NCBI GenBank assembly: GCA_046290225.1
Contig: JBKAGE010000012.1
Coordinates: 1-47,807 of the forward strand
DNA length: 47,807 bases
Origin: Bradymonadia bacterium
Lineage (GTDB): Bacteria; Myxococcota_A; Bradymonadia; UBA7976; UBA1532
Direction of reading: 5' to 3'
In this document: positions 37,768 through 47,632 of the stretch, piece by piece
Layout: each line of letters opens with the position of its first letter
Numbering within the stretch: position 1 is the first letter of the stretch
Made by a program: the position numbers and the translations under genes
The notes under the pieces: generated by a model
The model's input: only the letters and a program-made list of their open reading frames with translations
Database searches by the model: none
What the model was told of the DNA's origin: nothing

Positions 37768-38949
37768 TCAGGGCTGCCGGATGGCCGAGGCTGGAGACAC
37801 GACGCCGAGTAGATCGAAGCTTTGAGCGGCCTTGTCCGTGGCCAGATGGCGATCTGGGCCTGGGGGAAAGGCGCCATACGCATGGAGACGAGCATCCTGA
37901 ATTGCAGGGTGGGTTGCGGTGACGAGCGTGATGCCTGCCGAATTGGCCAAGGTTGCGCCAAGCGTTCGAGGATCGACGCCTTCGAGGCGGTAGGTGGCTA
38001 CGGTGAAGTCGTTCAAGTGGGCGATGATTCGTGGTCGGAGCGCGCCCTCGCCGCCAGCAGGGGCGAGCACCTCGCCCTCGATGACGTCGAGGCCCACGGT
38101 GAGCAGCGCGTCACCGAGATTTTGTCGCAGATGCCAGCCCATGGGCGCCCAGCCGTCCTGATGGCGCCGGTGGCTCACATGGCCTGTGTGGGCCCAGACA
38201 AACACCGGCCCGCCGAGCTCTTCCAACGCGCCGAGGGCGTTGGCGGCGAGAAACACATCGCGCTTGACGGCTCGGCAGCCGTCATTGCGGCACCAGCGCG
38301 CCACGTCGAGGGCCTGCGCCACTGCCCGAAGCGCGCGCCGTCGAAGGGGGGTCGAGGCTGCCTCGACAGCACGCCACGCCGACTTCACCGCGCCGTCGAG
38401 ATCAGCGATCGCTTCGAGCTTTTGGTCAGCGACTGTGCGCCAGACAGGGGTCAGTGCGTCTTCTGGAGATGTGGCGAGCAGTATCTTCGCGGAGCCCCGG
38501 GCACCCTGCGGGTCGATGCCCACCACGTACAACGGGTGTGCTTTGCTGTGCCTGGCCCGCATCCAGCGCAGCAGATCGGCGATGGCTTCACAGTCGAGCC
38601 AGTACCACACACCCTGCAATAGCGGCCGCAGCTCTACATCTTCACCATGCACCCAACGGTTGAGAGCCTCACCTGTGTGGACTGGGATCTCCATCGCCAG
38701 CACCTGAGCGGCATGATGCTCTACGGCGTGACGAAAGAGCATGCTCTGGGCGAGGAAGAGCTCGCGGGTGCCATGGGTGCTCTCACCGACGGCGATGATC
38801 GACTTGCCCCGGAGGTGGGCGTCGAGCGCCGCCAGCGTCGATTGGGTTCGGGCCATGTCGAGAGGGCCCTGAACCAGGGCACCTTCGATGGGTCGAGGCG
38901 ATGCCCCGCAACCTGTCAACAGCGCAGCAAAGAGATAGAGCGTTTTCAC
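37768..38949 (-). CDS. Erythromycin esterase (EreA/B)-family lipoprotein
   Basis: GTGA overlap with the thiolase stop; lipobox LTGC; VGESTHGTRE, LAMEIP, GIDPQ, RD, VWAHTGHV, PMGWHL. Confidence 0.8.
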   Translation of the reverse strand: MKTLYLFAALLTGCGASPRPIEGALVQGPLDMARTQSTLAALDAHLRGKSIIAVGESTHGTRELFLAQSMLFRHAVEHHAAQVLAMEIPVHTGEALNRWVHGEDVELRPLLQGVWYWLDCEAIADLLRWMRARHSKAHPLYVVGIDPQGARGSAKILLATSPEDALTPVWRTVADQKLEAIADLDGAVKSAWRAVEAASTPLRRRALRAVAQALDVARWCRNDGCRAVKRDVFLAANALGALEELGGPVFVWAHTGHVSHRRHQDGWAPMGWHLRQNLGDALLTVGLDVIEGEVLAPAGGEGALRPRIIAHLNDFTVATYRLEGVDPRTLGATLANSAGITLVTATHPAIQDARLHAYGAFPPGPDRHLATDKAAQSFDLLGVVSPASAIRQP

Positions 38950-40136
38950 CCGTCGAGGGCTTCCACCAGCACGGCGATGCCCTGGCCACCGCCGACACAA
39001 ACGGTGCACAACCCCAGTCCGCCGTTGCCCCGTCGCAAACCGTAGAGGGCCGACTGCACCAGCCGCGCCCCGGTGGCCCCCATGGGGTGGCCCAAAGCCA
39101 CTGCGCCACCATTCGGGTTCACCCGCTCGCCATCGAGGCCCAAGGCGTCACATACTGCGATGGCCTGTGCGGTGAACGAGTCGTTGAGCTCGATGACCGA
39201 GACGTCGTCCAACGATCTGCCCGCGCGGTCGAGGGCCATCTTCATGGCCCCCACGGGCCCCATGGCCATGCGAATCGGCGCCACCCCCACTGCACCCCAT
39301 GACAGCAGCCTGCCGGCGGGCTTCAGGCCGTGGGCTTTGGCGAACGCACCAGAGGCCATCACCCACATCGCCCCGGCGTCGTTGAGCCCCGTGGAGTTCC
39401 CCGCGGTGCTCACCCCACCATAGAGTGGGGGCAGAGCGGCGAGGCCTTCGAGGGTGGTCTCGGGCCGCAGGGTCTCGTCGGCGTTGATCTCGATCTGCTT
39501 ACGACGGTGTTTCACCGCCACGGGCACGATCTCTTCGGCGAAGTGCCCCGCCTGTTGGGCCGCCGCTGCTCGGCGCTGGCTCTCCACTGCCCAGGCGTCG
39601 GCCTGCTCCCGGGTGACCCCGCACTCTTCGGCGACGGTCTCCACCGTCTCGCCGATGGCGCAGCCCGCCATGGGGTCGTGCAGGGCGCTGAAGAGCATGT
39701 CGTCTACATCTGATTTGATCATGCGCCAGCCCTCGCGCACGCCCCGCATGGCGTAGGGCATCATGCTCATATTCTCGGCGCCTCCGGCGAGCACGGCGCT
39801 GCACTCGCCGAGCCTGATGCGCCGCGCCCCGGCGGCGAGGGCCTCGAGGGCAGAGCCACAGGCCATATTCACGGTGACGGCGGGTACGCCCTCGGGCACG
39901 CCGGCTTTGAGGCCAATGTGCCGGGCGATGTAGGCGGCGTCTTTGGAGGATTGCAGCACGTTGCCCACGACGACGCCGTCGACGGCGTCAGCGGGCACAC
40001 GGGCCCGGGTGAGGGCGCCCTTGGCGGCGACGACACCGAGGTCGGTGGCGCTGACTTTCTTGAGGCCCCCGAGGAACCGGCCCACGGGGGTGCGGGCGGC
40101 TTCGAGGAGCAGGACGTCGTTGTCTTCAAAGGGCAT
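38946..40136 (-). CDS. Acetyl-CoA C-acyltransferase (thiolase)
   Basis: ARTPVG, VNMACGS (Cys), GGAENMS, TAGNSTGLNDAG, VNPNGGAVALGHPMGATG, CVGGGQG. Confidence 0.93.
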   Translation of the reverse strand: MPFEDNDVLLLEAARTPVGRFLGGLKKVSATDLGVVAAKGALTRARVPADAVDGVVVGNVLQSSKDAAYIARHIGLKAGVPEGVPAVTVNMACGSALEALAAGARRIRLGECSAVLAGGAENMSMMPYAMRGVREGWRMIKSDVDDMLFSALHDPMAGCAIGETVETVAEECGVTREQADAWAVESQRRAAAAQQAGHFAEEIVPVAVKHRRKQIEINADETLRPETTLEGLAALPPLYGGVSTAGNSTGLNDAGAMWVMASGAFAKAHGLKPAGRLLSWGAVGVAPIRMAMGPVGAMKMALDRAGRSLDDVSVIELNDSFTAQAIAVCDALGLDGERVNPNGGAVALGHPMGATGARLVQSALYGLRRGNGGLGLCTVCVGGGQGIAVLVEALDG

Positions 40137-40137
40137 C

Positions 40138-41826
40138 TCAAATCTCCCGCTTGCACTGCACCACCCGAAAGCGGTCTGCCACAAAAGCCAAATCGGTCAA
40201 ACACGCCGTTCCCGCGGGGTTGAGCCCCGTGACGTGATAGTCGCTGTATGCCGCAGCGAAGTTGATTGGCCGTTGTCCCAGCAGATTCAGCCCGATGCTG
40301 GCCCCCGCCTCGATGTATGCCTGTTCAATCTCATCCAAGAACGCGTCGTCCACCGAATATCCGTACGCGGCGATCGAACCATGCGCCGCCGCGTCTTCCG
40401 CCGCGCGCTGTAGGGCCTCGTCGCGATCCGCTGTGGGGATCACGAAGCCGATGGGGCCGAACCACTCCTGGCGATACAGCTCTGATCCCACCGGCACCTG
40501 TACCACCAGCGGCGTCGCTGTCCGCGCCGAGGGGTGTTCAGGGTGGTCATATGGCGACCATGGCCGCAGCACTGCGTCCTCGTCAGCCGCACGGCTTTGA
40601 ACCAGATCCAAAGTGCGCTGTGTATCAGCGCTGTGCAGCGCTCCGCAGAGCCCAGCTGCGTGGGCGGGTTCCGCCACGAGGGCGTCCACCGCGGCCACGA
40701 GCTGCTGGGCCACCTCCTCAAAGGGCACCACCTGCTCGCCGCCCTCTTCATCGATCATCCGCACGCCCGAGCGGGGCACGAAGATGTTCTGCGCTGTCGT
40801 GCACATCTGCCCCGAGAACAAGCACAGGCTCTGGGCGATCGCTTGCAGCGCCGGCTCCAGATCTCGAACCGACTCCAGCACCACGGCGTTGCACCCTGCG
40901 GTCTCCGTGTACAGCAGCTGGTCACGACGGCAGTTCTGCTCCAGCCATGCCCCGAAGCGAGGGCTGCCGGTGAAGTCGATGATGGCCACGTCGCGGTGGC
41001 CGACGAGCGATTGCGCGATGCGGCCGTCGGGGGCCTCTGCGGCGAGGGTGACGAGGTTTGGATCGAAGCCCGCCTCGGCGAGCACCTCACGACAAATGCG
41101 TGCCCCCAGCGCCACCGGCAAGATCGCCATGGGGTGGGGTTTGAGCACCACCGGGTTCCCCGTGGCCAAGTTCGCGAAGAGGGCGGGCCAGGCGTTCCAT
41201 GCCGGATAGCTGCCACACGCGATGACCACCGCCACGCCGCGGGGCCGCAAGTAATAGCGCTTGCGCAGCTTCACGGGACCATGGCCGAAGCTGCGCTCGA
41301 AGGTGGATTCAGTTGGGATCGCCGACATGGCGATGTGGGCGTGGGCCAGGGCCTCGAGGCCGCGATCCAGCGAGTTGGCCCCGCTCCCGGCGAAGGCGGT
41401 CATAAATCCCTGCCCGCCGGTGTGCATCGTGGCGTAGGCGTTGTGAAATACATGAGCCGCCATGCGGTCGAGCATCTCCATACAGAGGCCCACCCGAGTC
41501 TGGGGGCCTGCCTGCACCCATGTGGGCATCGCCTGCACCATGGCGGCGACGAGGGGCTCCACCTGCACCTCAGGATAGGTCACCCCCAAAGGCTCTGCGG
41601 TGTATGGCGAGATCTCGGCGCCTACGCGGCCAGTGGATCCGGGCAAGTCGAGATCGAAGGGCTGGCTCAACTGCGATTCGAACCACGCCAGCCCCTCAGC
41701 TTTGGCACCCTCAGGGTGGAAGCGACGGCTCGGTGACTCTACGAAGGGGCTCCAGCAACCGCGAGTGCGGCAAGCATCCACTGCAGCCTCGAGGCGGGGC
41801 AGGTGGCGTTCGAAGAGCGGGTGCAT
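40138..41826 (-). CDS. paaN: PaaN-like aldehyde dehydrogenase
   Basis: PRGVAVVIAC, WNAWPALFANLATGNPVVLKPHP, DFTGS, YTETAG, LFSGQMCT (catalytic Cys), EWFGP, SDYHVTGLNPA; TGATG overlap with the upstream gene. Confidence 0.85.
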   Translation of the reverse strand: MHPLFERHLPRLEAAVDACRTRGCWSPFVESPSRRFHPEGAKAEGLAWFESQLSQPFDLDLPGSTGRVGAEISPYTAEPLGVTYPEVQVEPLVAAMVQAMPTWVQAGPQTRVGLCMEMLDRMAAHVFHNAYATMHTGGQGFMTAFAGSGANSLDRGLEALAHAHIAMSAIPTESTFERSFGHGPVKLRKRYYLRPRGVAVVIACGSYPAWNAWPALFANLATGNPVVLKPHPMAILPVALGARICREVLAEAGFDPNLVTLAAEAPDGRIAQSLVGHRDVAIIDFTGSPRFGAWLEQNCRRDQLLYTETAGCNAVVLESVRDLEPALQAIAQSLCLFSGQMCTTAQNIFVPRSGVRMIDEEGGEQVVPFEEVAQQLVAAVDALVAEPAHAAGLCGALHSADTQRTLDLVQSRAADEDAVLRPWSPYDHPEHPSARTATPLVVQVPVGSELYRQEWFGPIGFVIPTADRDEALQRAAEDAAAHGSIAAYGYSVDDAFLDEIEQAYIEAGASIGLNLLGQRPINFAAAYSDYHVTGLNPAGTACLTDLAFVADRFRVVQCKREI

Positions 41827-42278
41827 CAATTCTCCTCTGTGGTGAGGGCGCGCCATGTCAGTCGATAGTGTCGTGTGACACCAGAGCGGGCGGTCAGATC
41901 GTACGTCAGCACGAGCGTCTCATCTTCGAAGCCCGCGTGCCGCCTGAGGTGTTGCCCCACGGCGTCGGGGTTGAGGGCGAGCTGCACCATGTGCACGACC
42001 TCGTCACCCTCGAGGTGCCAACGGCCCGCATAGCTGAGGTAGCCATCGAAGGCCTGGGCCTTTTGCGCCGTGGTGGCGTGACCGCCGCGCTCCAGCCCAC
42101 CCTGTGAGAAGGGCGCCCGATCTGAGCGTGACAACACCGCTGACATGTGCCCGCTGGCTGCATAGACGATGCGGCCTTGAGGTGAGGCGCCGAAAGGCTG
42201 CACCTGTGGCCGGTCATCAGAGAAGTCGAGGGTGAAGTCCACGAGGGACCAGGCCCCCACCAAATCGTCGGGGCTCAC
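41826..42278 (-). CDS. Lipocalin-like domain protein
   Basis: LVGAWSLV, PQGRIVY..GHMSAVL, YLSYAGRW; GTGA overlap with the oxygenase stop. Confidence 0.8.
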   Translation of the reverse strand: MSPDDLVGAWSLVDFTLDFSDDRPQVQPFGASPQGRIVYAASGHMSAVLSRSDRAPFSQGGLERGGHATTAQKAQAFDGYLSYAGRWHLEGDEVVHMVQLALNPDAVGQHLRRHAGFEDETLVLTYDLTARSGVTRHYRLTWRALTTEEN

Positions 42279-43753
42279 GGAAGGGCATCTCCTGGGACCC
42301 ACTGGGCGTGAAAGCCCGCAGGCACGCGCTGGGGCAGCTTCACCTTGGCGATGGGGCCCGAGGTGATGTCCTGGCCGTGGAACACCCAGCAGGCGCTCTG
42401 CCAGTCTCGAGTGTCGGTGACGAAGGTCACCACATAGCCATCGTCTTCCGCTGTCGCTCCAGGACGAGGGGCAAAAGGCGCTTCGCTCCCGTAGATGCCA
42501 GGGCCATAGGTGAAGACCTCACGGGCGCCGGTCTGCAGGTCCGATTTCACCAGGCCTTCGAAGGTGGCCGGGATCTCGTAAGGAATGTGCTGCAGCCACG
42601 CATAGCGGTTCTCGTGCCCCAACATGTCTGGGTGAATCATCGGGAACTCGGCGTTGAAGTCGTCGAGCTTGCGCTCAGAAGACTCACCCGTGGCCATGTT
42701 CATGCGCCACTCGTAGAGGTTGGCCTGCAGCTTCAACCCGGAGAGCATGCTCGCAAGCGGGCCATCCGCCTTGTCGGGCTTCAGGGTGGGATCGTCCGTG
42801 CGACAGCCCACCATCACCACCCAGTCGCCCTCTTCCCAGCAGTTCACCACGTGCAACATGTAGCAGGGGGCGAACTCGAACCAGCGCACCTCGGTGCCAT
42901 GGCGGGGGATCACGCCATATCGCGTGGGCACGTCAGGGTGAAACAAAGGGATACGCTTGCCAGTCTTCTTGAAGAGCGCCTCGCTGAAGAACACCGGGAA
43001 GTCGTGCAGAATCGAATACCGAGGGGTCACTCCGATGTCGTGGGGGCGCCGCGGCCCCGGCAGTTCGACCTCGGTGAAGTGGGTTTGGCCCTCGGGGGAT
43101 CGCACCCCGTACCACATGAAGGGTGGGCGATCGCCGTACCCGAAGAAGATCAGCTCACCAGTGGCCGGGTCTACCTTGGAGTGGGCCGAGAGCCGCCCAG
43201 GGCCGGGCAAAGTCGCTCCTGTGCCTGTCTGAAGCGTGCGTCCGTCGAGGGGGAACATGGCCCCTGACTCGTACCAGAGCGCCTGCAGCGCACCATCGAA
43301 CCAGATGAGATCTGTATTGCCCGTGTCTTTGAGAGGCCCCAGAGGGAGCGAGAAGTCGAAGGGCCCCAATACACCCGGCCAGATACTGGAGCCTCGCTCG
43401 GCCTCCATCTTCAGGCCTGGAGTGCCCACATACCGGTTGCGATAGCGGGCCTTGCCGTTTTCGAACCAGATGCCGTGCACCATGCCGTCGCCGTCGAACC
43501 AGTGATACCGGTTCGTGGGGGCATGGCGGGCGTTGGGTCCATTGCGAAAATAAGCGCCGAAGAGATCTTTGGGCAGCTCACCCTCCACCTCGAGATCATC
43601 GCCTTCCACTTCGTCGATGATGGGGGCGAAGTGGCCGTGCAAGTAGGGGTTGTCGATGCCCTCGATCCACGATGGGGCATGTGTCGCAGGGGCCCCTGTG
43701 GGGGACAGCGCCTTGCCGTGGCGCGTGGTGACGGGGTGGGTGGAGTCAGTCAT
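42275..43753 (-). CDS. Carotenoid/stilbenoid cleavage oxygenase (RPE65/CCD family)
   Basis: NPYLHGHFAP, YFRNGPN, HWFDGDGMVH; four Fe-binding His (SAHSK, PHDIG, LHVVN, GFHAQW); EFP, SEAPF, EDDGY; alternative start 43786. Confidence 0.92.
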   Translation of the reverse strand: MTDSTHPVTTRHGKALSPTGAPATHAPSWIEGIDNPYLHGHFAPIIDEVEGDDLEVEGELPKDLFGAYFRNGPNARHAPTNRYHWFDGDGMVHGIWFENGKARYRNRYVGTPGLKMEAERGSSIWPGVLGPFDFSLPLGPLKDTGNTDLIWFDGALQALWYESGAMFPLDGRTLQTGTGATLPGPGRLSAHSKVDPATGELIFFGYGDRPPFMWYGVRSPEGQTHFTEVELPGPRRPHDIGVTPRYSILHDFPVFFSEALFKKTGKRIPLFHPDVPTRYGVIPRHGTEVRWFEFAPCYMLHVVNCWEEGDWVVMVGCRTDDPTLKPDKADGPLASMLSGLKLQANLYEWRMNMATGESSERKLDDFNAEFPMIHPDMLGHENRYAWLQHIPYEIPATFEGLVKSDLQTGAREVFTYGPGIYGSEAPFAPRPGATAEDDGYVVTFVTDTRDWQSACWVFHGQDITSGPIAKVKLPQRVPAGFHAQWVPGDALP

Positions 43754-43826
43754 CAGATCCCTTTGGGCATGGGGCAATGCGGTCATCTTGAGGCGCGGTT
43801 CGGTGGGGTCGCAAGTGGTGTGGTGA

Positions 43827-44963
43827 TCAACCGCGTCGATCTCGATCGTCGTCCTTCCCGCCGAACCAGCCCTTCACCTGCTGACCGACCTCGGACAGCG
43901 ACTGCCCCAGGTCGGTGACGAACTGCGCCAGCGGATCTTTCGAACGCTCGTAGGCCTCACGATAGCTGCGGGCACCCTCGGCGACCCCGTCGTAGACTGA
44001 AGCCTCACCATCATCCTCTCGCTCGGGGTAGTGACCCTTGAGCACCTGATCGTAGTGCCCAGCGTCGACCCAACGCTTCAGCTCGAGCAGCCTGATCACG
44101 TGGAAGGGGTGGGTGGTGCCCAGCAGGTTGAGCAGCTTCACCATGCCATCAGTGACGTCGCCTGCAGCCTCGTAGGCCTCCGCCTGCTTGATGAACTCAC
44201 CGAGATCCATGTCGGACTGTCCGGGCTTGAGGCCGCCGGCCATCTTCATGTGCACCCGATACGCCACCTCGGGGCTCTGCGTCGTCAGCAGCCCTGCGCG
44301 ATCGCACGACAGCTCCGACTTGCGATCCCACTCCTTGAGGCCCGCGAGCAGGCCCATGACAGCCAGGCGGCCGAGAGGCAGGCCAAAGGCCACCATCGAC
44401 ATGCGCAGGAACATGCGGAGCATGGTCTTGTAGAGCACGTGATCTGAGAGGATGTGGCCGAGCTCGTGGCCGAGCACGAAGCGCAGTTCATCATCGTCGA
44501 GCAGATCGACTGTGCCCGAGTTGAGCACCACAAAGGGGCGCTCCACGCCCACTGCGCCGGCGTTCACCAGCGGCGTCTGGGCGACGAAGAGATCTGGCAC
44601 CTCGTGCAGATCGAGGATCTGCACGCTCTCCTCGAAGAGTCGGTAGACCCGCGTATACTGGCGAGGGCTCGCCTTCACCGCGCTGGCCAGATAGAGGTGT
44701 CGCAAGCTGCGCTCGTCGACGAAGCCCACCATCTTGCGCAGCGCCGCTTCGAAGCCCGGCACCTTGCGCATGGCCGTGAGGGCTGCCCTGTCGGCAGGAT
44801 GCTCATAGGCCCTGGGGCTGATCCCGGGCAGCGTGACCCGGCTCGTGGGTGCCTCGCGTTTGGGCGTGTCACCCCTGGGTGCCTGCTCGGAGGTGTCGTC
44901 GTCAGAGCGACCCGCCGCCCGGAAGATGGCCTTGATGGCCTCCATGTCGTCATCGTGTGACAT
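43827..44963 (-). CDS. M48 family zinc metallopeptidase
   Basis: YEHPADR, VNAGAVG, GHELGH (HExxH), ELSCDRAG, THP. Confidence 0.9.
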   Translation of the reverse strand: MSHDDDMEAIKAIFRAAGRSDDDTSEQAPRGDTPKREAPTSRVTLPGISPRAYEHPADRAALTAMRKVPGFEAALRKMVGFVDERSLRHLYLASAVKASPRQYTRVYRLFEESVQILDLHEVPDLFVAQTPLVNAGAVGVERPFVVLNSGTVDLLDDDELRFVLGHELGHILSDHVLYKTMLRMFLRMSMVAFGLPLGRLAVMGLLAGLKEWDRKSELSCDRAGLLTTQSPEVAYRVHMKMAGGLKPGQSDMDLGEFIKQAEAYEAAGDVTDGMVKLLNLLGTTHPFHVIRLLELKRWVDAGHYDQVLKGHYPEREDDGEASVYDGVAEGARSYREAYERSKDPLAQFVTDLGQSLSEVGQQVKGWFGGKDDDRDRRG

Positions 44964-45053
44964 CAGATCATGCCCTGTCTGTCGTTGCGAAGGGGAGCAT
45001 GCATCGCCTCTGCCGGTGGGGCAATGCAGGCGATGGAAAAATGCCCTTGTTTG

Positions 45054-45069
45054 CTGTACTTTTGTTCAG
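45054..45069 (+). promoter_or_regulatory. Putative LexA (SOS) box upstream of recQ
   Basis: CTGTACTTTTGTTCAG(T) matches 15/17 positions of the Myxococcus LexA consensus CTRHAMRYBYGTTCAGS. Confidence 0.6.
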
Positions 45070-45192
45070 TCTGTCGGTAGCGTATGGCTCGACCGTGGAG
45101 TACCCGCCATCCCCTCAAGACCTCGAATCTGCAGATTTGAGGAATCTTATGGGTCTCCACAGCGTGATGGGTGATCATCAGGAGTAAACCAA

Positions 45193-47457
45193 ATGATGAG
45201 CGAGCAATTGGTCATGGACGATGATCTCCACCCCATCTCCCAAACAACATCGAACAACACGCCACCCTTGATGGCCGTACCACCTGGTGGAGACTCGCTC
45301 GTCGCTGCCTTGAAACACCATTTCGGCTTCGACGACTTCCAGGTGGGCCAGAGAGCAGTCATCGAAGACGTACTCGCCGGGCTGCCCACAGTGGCCGTGA
45401 TGCCCACAGGGGCTGGCAAGAGCCTCTGTTACCAGCTGCCTGCGTTGTTGCTCGATGGGGTGACGGTCGTCGTCAGCCCACTGATTTCGTTGATGAAAGA
45501 TCAGGTCGACAGTCTACAAGCGCGTGGCGTACAGGCCGATTTCATCAATAGCACTCAGAGCACCGAAGAGCAGATGGCGGCCCTGCACCGCGTCGCCAGC
45601 GGCATCACCAAGCTGGTCTATGTGGCCCCGGAGCGTTTCCGTCATGGGGCCTTCCTCAGAGCGCTCTCCGTGGCGAAGGTGGCCCTCATGGCCATCGACG
45701 AGGCCCACTGCATCAGCCGGTGGGGCCACGACTTCCGCCCCGACTACATGCGCCTGGGCCAGGCCCTGCGCAAGATCAAGCCTCAGCGGGTGCTCGCATG
45801 TACCGCCACCGCCACCGAAGAGGTCCGGCAGGACATCACCCGTACTCTGGGCTTCGAAGAGCCCAGCATCCACGTGCACGGCTTCTTGCGGTCGAACCTC
45901 TACCTCGAGGCGCGCCTGTGCAGCGGTGACAACGAGAAGCTCGAGCGTATCGTCGAGTTCGTCACCGACGGCCCGGGTCGTGAGGGCGCAGTCATCGTCT
46001 ACTGCAGCACCCGCAAGAAGGTCGAAAAGTTCGCCGTGGGTCTCTGGAAGTCCTTCAAGGGCCGCCAGCGCGTCGTGCAATACCACGGCGGCATGGACGA
46101 CAACGCCCGGGCCATGGCCCAGGAAGAGTTCATGTCGGGTCAGGCCCGCATCGCTGTGGCCACCAACGCCTTCGGCATGGGGGTTGATCGCTCCGACGTG
46201 CGCGCCGTGGTGCACGCTGATCTGCCCCGCACTGTCGAGGGGTACTACCAGGAAGTGGGCCGCGCTGGCCGTGACCGGCAACCCTCTCACTGCTTGTTGT
46301 TGTTCAACCCCAATGATACTCGAGTGCACGAGTTCCTCATCGACCAGAGCAACCCTGGCCCTGGGGCCATCGCCCAGGTGTGGCGGCTGGTGCGCAACGT
46401 CGCCGTCGACCGTCCCGTACCCCTCGACACCCTCGAGCGGCTGGTGCCCGATCAAATCAAGAGCAGCCTCGACGCCTCGCTGCGGTTCCTGAGCCGCGTC
46501 GACGTCGTCGGTCGAGATCCGGACAACAATGTATGGGCCAGTGCTGACGCTCCCGCCGACGTCTCTTTGCTCGGCCTCAACCTCGACGACATGGCCGCCC
46601 ACCGCGACGCCGAGATGGAGAAGCTCAACCGCATGAAGGCCTGGGTGACTTCGGCTCCGTGTCGTCACCGCTACATCCTCGACTACTTTGGTGAGGCCTA
46701 CAGCGGAGAGTGCCCAGGGTGTGATCGCTGCCACCCTGATCGCAGCTCTCGCCCTGCGCCGCTCAATGACGGCCCCCCCTCCGAGGCCGAGGTGCTCATC
46801 ATCCGCAAGGGCCTCGCCGGCGTCGCCCGGGCCGAGGGCCGTTTTGGCATGAAGAAGGTGGCGGGCATGCTCGCGGGCTCCCGAGCGAAGGGCGTGGCCA
46901 ACACCCGCCTGTCGGGCTTGTCCACCTTCGGCATCCTCAAGGCGCTCGGTGGTGCAGGCTGCGGCGAGCTGTTGCGCATCCTCATCGAGCAGGGCGTCTG
47001 TGAGCTCGACGGAGGCCAATACCCGCTGATCCAAATCAACGCCGAGGGCTGGGCAGTGATGCAGGGTCACACCCCCCCAGGCTTCCGCCTGCCACCACAC
47101 CTCGTCCCGGGCACACCGATCCCCATCAAGGTGCGGCCCCGTAAATCCAGCTCGAGCGCCCCCGCAGGTGTCATGAGCACAGTCTCTCCAAGCGGCAATG
47201 ACACCACGATAGAGCTCGACGAGCAGGCCCCCGAGTTCGACGACGGCCGCCTCGATCTGCTCCGGGCGTTCCGTAAAGAAGAGGCCGCCAACGCAGATGC
47301 ACCGCCGTACACGATCTTCTCCAACAAGACGATGATGCAGATCGCCGCACGCTCACCCCTCGACGAGGCCAGCTTCCTGGCTGTGCCAGGCCTCGGCCCC
47401 ACGCGTTGGGAGCGCTACGGGGAGCGATTGATCAAGGTCGTGGAGCAGTGGGCTTAG
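45193..47457 (+). CDS. recQ: RecQ-family ATP-dependent DNA helicase with RQC and HRDC domains
   Basis: MPTGAGKSLCYQLP, DEAHC, WGHDFRP, TATA, ATNAFGMG, YYQEVGRAGRD, Zn CR..YFGE..C..CDRC, PPYTIFSNKT. Confidence 0.93.
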   Translation: MMSEQLVMDDDLHPISQTTSNNTPPLMAVPPGGDSLVAALKHHFGFDDFQVGQRAVIEDVLAGLPTVAVMPTGAGKSLCYQLPALLLDGVTVVVSPLISLMKDQVDSLQARGVQADFINSTQSTEEQMAALHRVASGITKLVYVAPERFRHGAFLRALSVAKVALMAIDEAHCISRWGHDFRPDYMRLGQALRKIKPQRVLACTATATEEVRQDITRTLGFEEPSIHVHGFLRSNLYLEARLCSGDNEKLERIVEFVTDGPGREGAVIVYCSTRKKVEKFAVGLWKSFKGRQRVVQYHGGMDDNARAMAQEEFMSGQARIAVATNAFGMGVDRSDVRAVVHADLPRTVEGYYQEVGRAGRDRQPSHCLLLFNPNDTRVHEFLIDQSNPGPGAIAQVWRLVRNVAVDRPVPLDTLERLVPDQIKSSLDASLRFLSRVDVVGRDPDNNVWASADAPADVSLLGLNLDDMAAHRDAEMEKLNRMKAWVTSAPCRHRYILDYFGEAYSGECPGCDRCHPDRSSRPAPLNDGPPSEAEVLIIRKGLAGVARAEGRFGMKKVAGMLAGSRAKGVANTRLSGLSTFGILKALGGAGCGELLRILIEQGVCELDGGQYPLIQINAEGWAVMQGHTPPGFRLPPHLVPGTPIPIKVRPRKSSSSAPAGVMSTVSPSGNDTTIELDEQAPEFDDGRLDLLRAFRKEEAANADAPPYTIFSNKTMMQIAARSPLDEASFLAVPGLGPTRWERYGERLIKVVEQWA

Positions 47458-47462
47458 TCTTT

Positions 47463-47632
47463 GCTCCGGCGCTGCGGCGGCGTCAGCCGCCGTGACGCCG
47501 GCGATTTCCCGCCCAGCTGCGACCTTTCCGTCCTCGACGCAGCTCTGCTGCGCCTGCGGGTGAAAGCCCGCATCTGAACGAGAACTCACCGACCTCACGA
47601 CGACTGCCACCACCTCCGCGCCTCCGCGGGGC
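47463..47632 (-). repeat. Family B long-hairpin element, copy 3
   Basis: Minus strand GCCCCGCGGA...CCGCAGGCG-CAGCAGAGCTG-CGTCGAGGA...GGAGC; ~53-bp imperfect stem; begins 5 nt after the recQ stop. Confidence 0.8.

Noticed and set aside
37768..38949. Erythromycin resistance gene
   Set aside because: Family membership only; a lipoprotein in a metabolic operon with no mobile resistance context
42275..43753. Oxygenase as a retinal supply for a rhodopsin system
   Set aside because: No rhodopsin or lycopene cyclase in the window and the operon context is catabolic; cannot be excluded genome-wide
45514..47100. 528-aa minus-strand ORF (and similar shadows at 18683-20332, 27654-29210, 31434-32621)
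   Set aside because: Antisense to genes with unambiguous catalytic motifs
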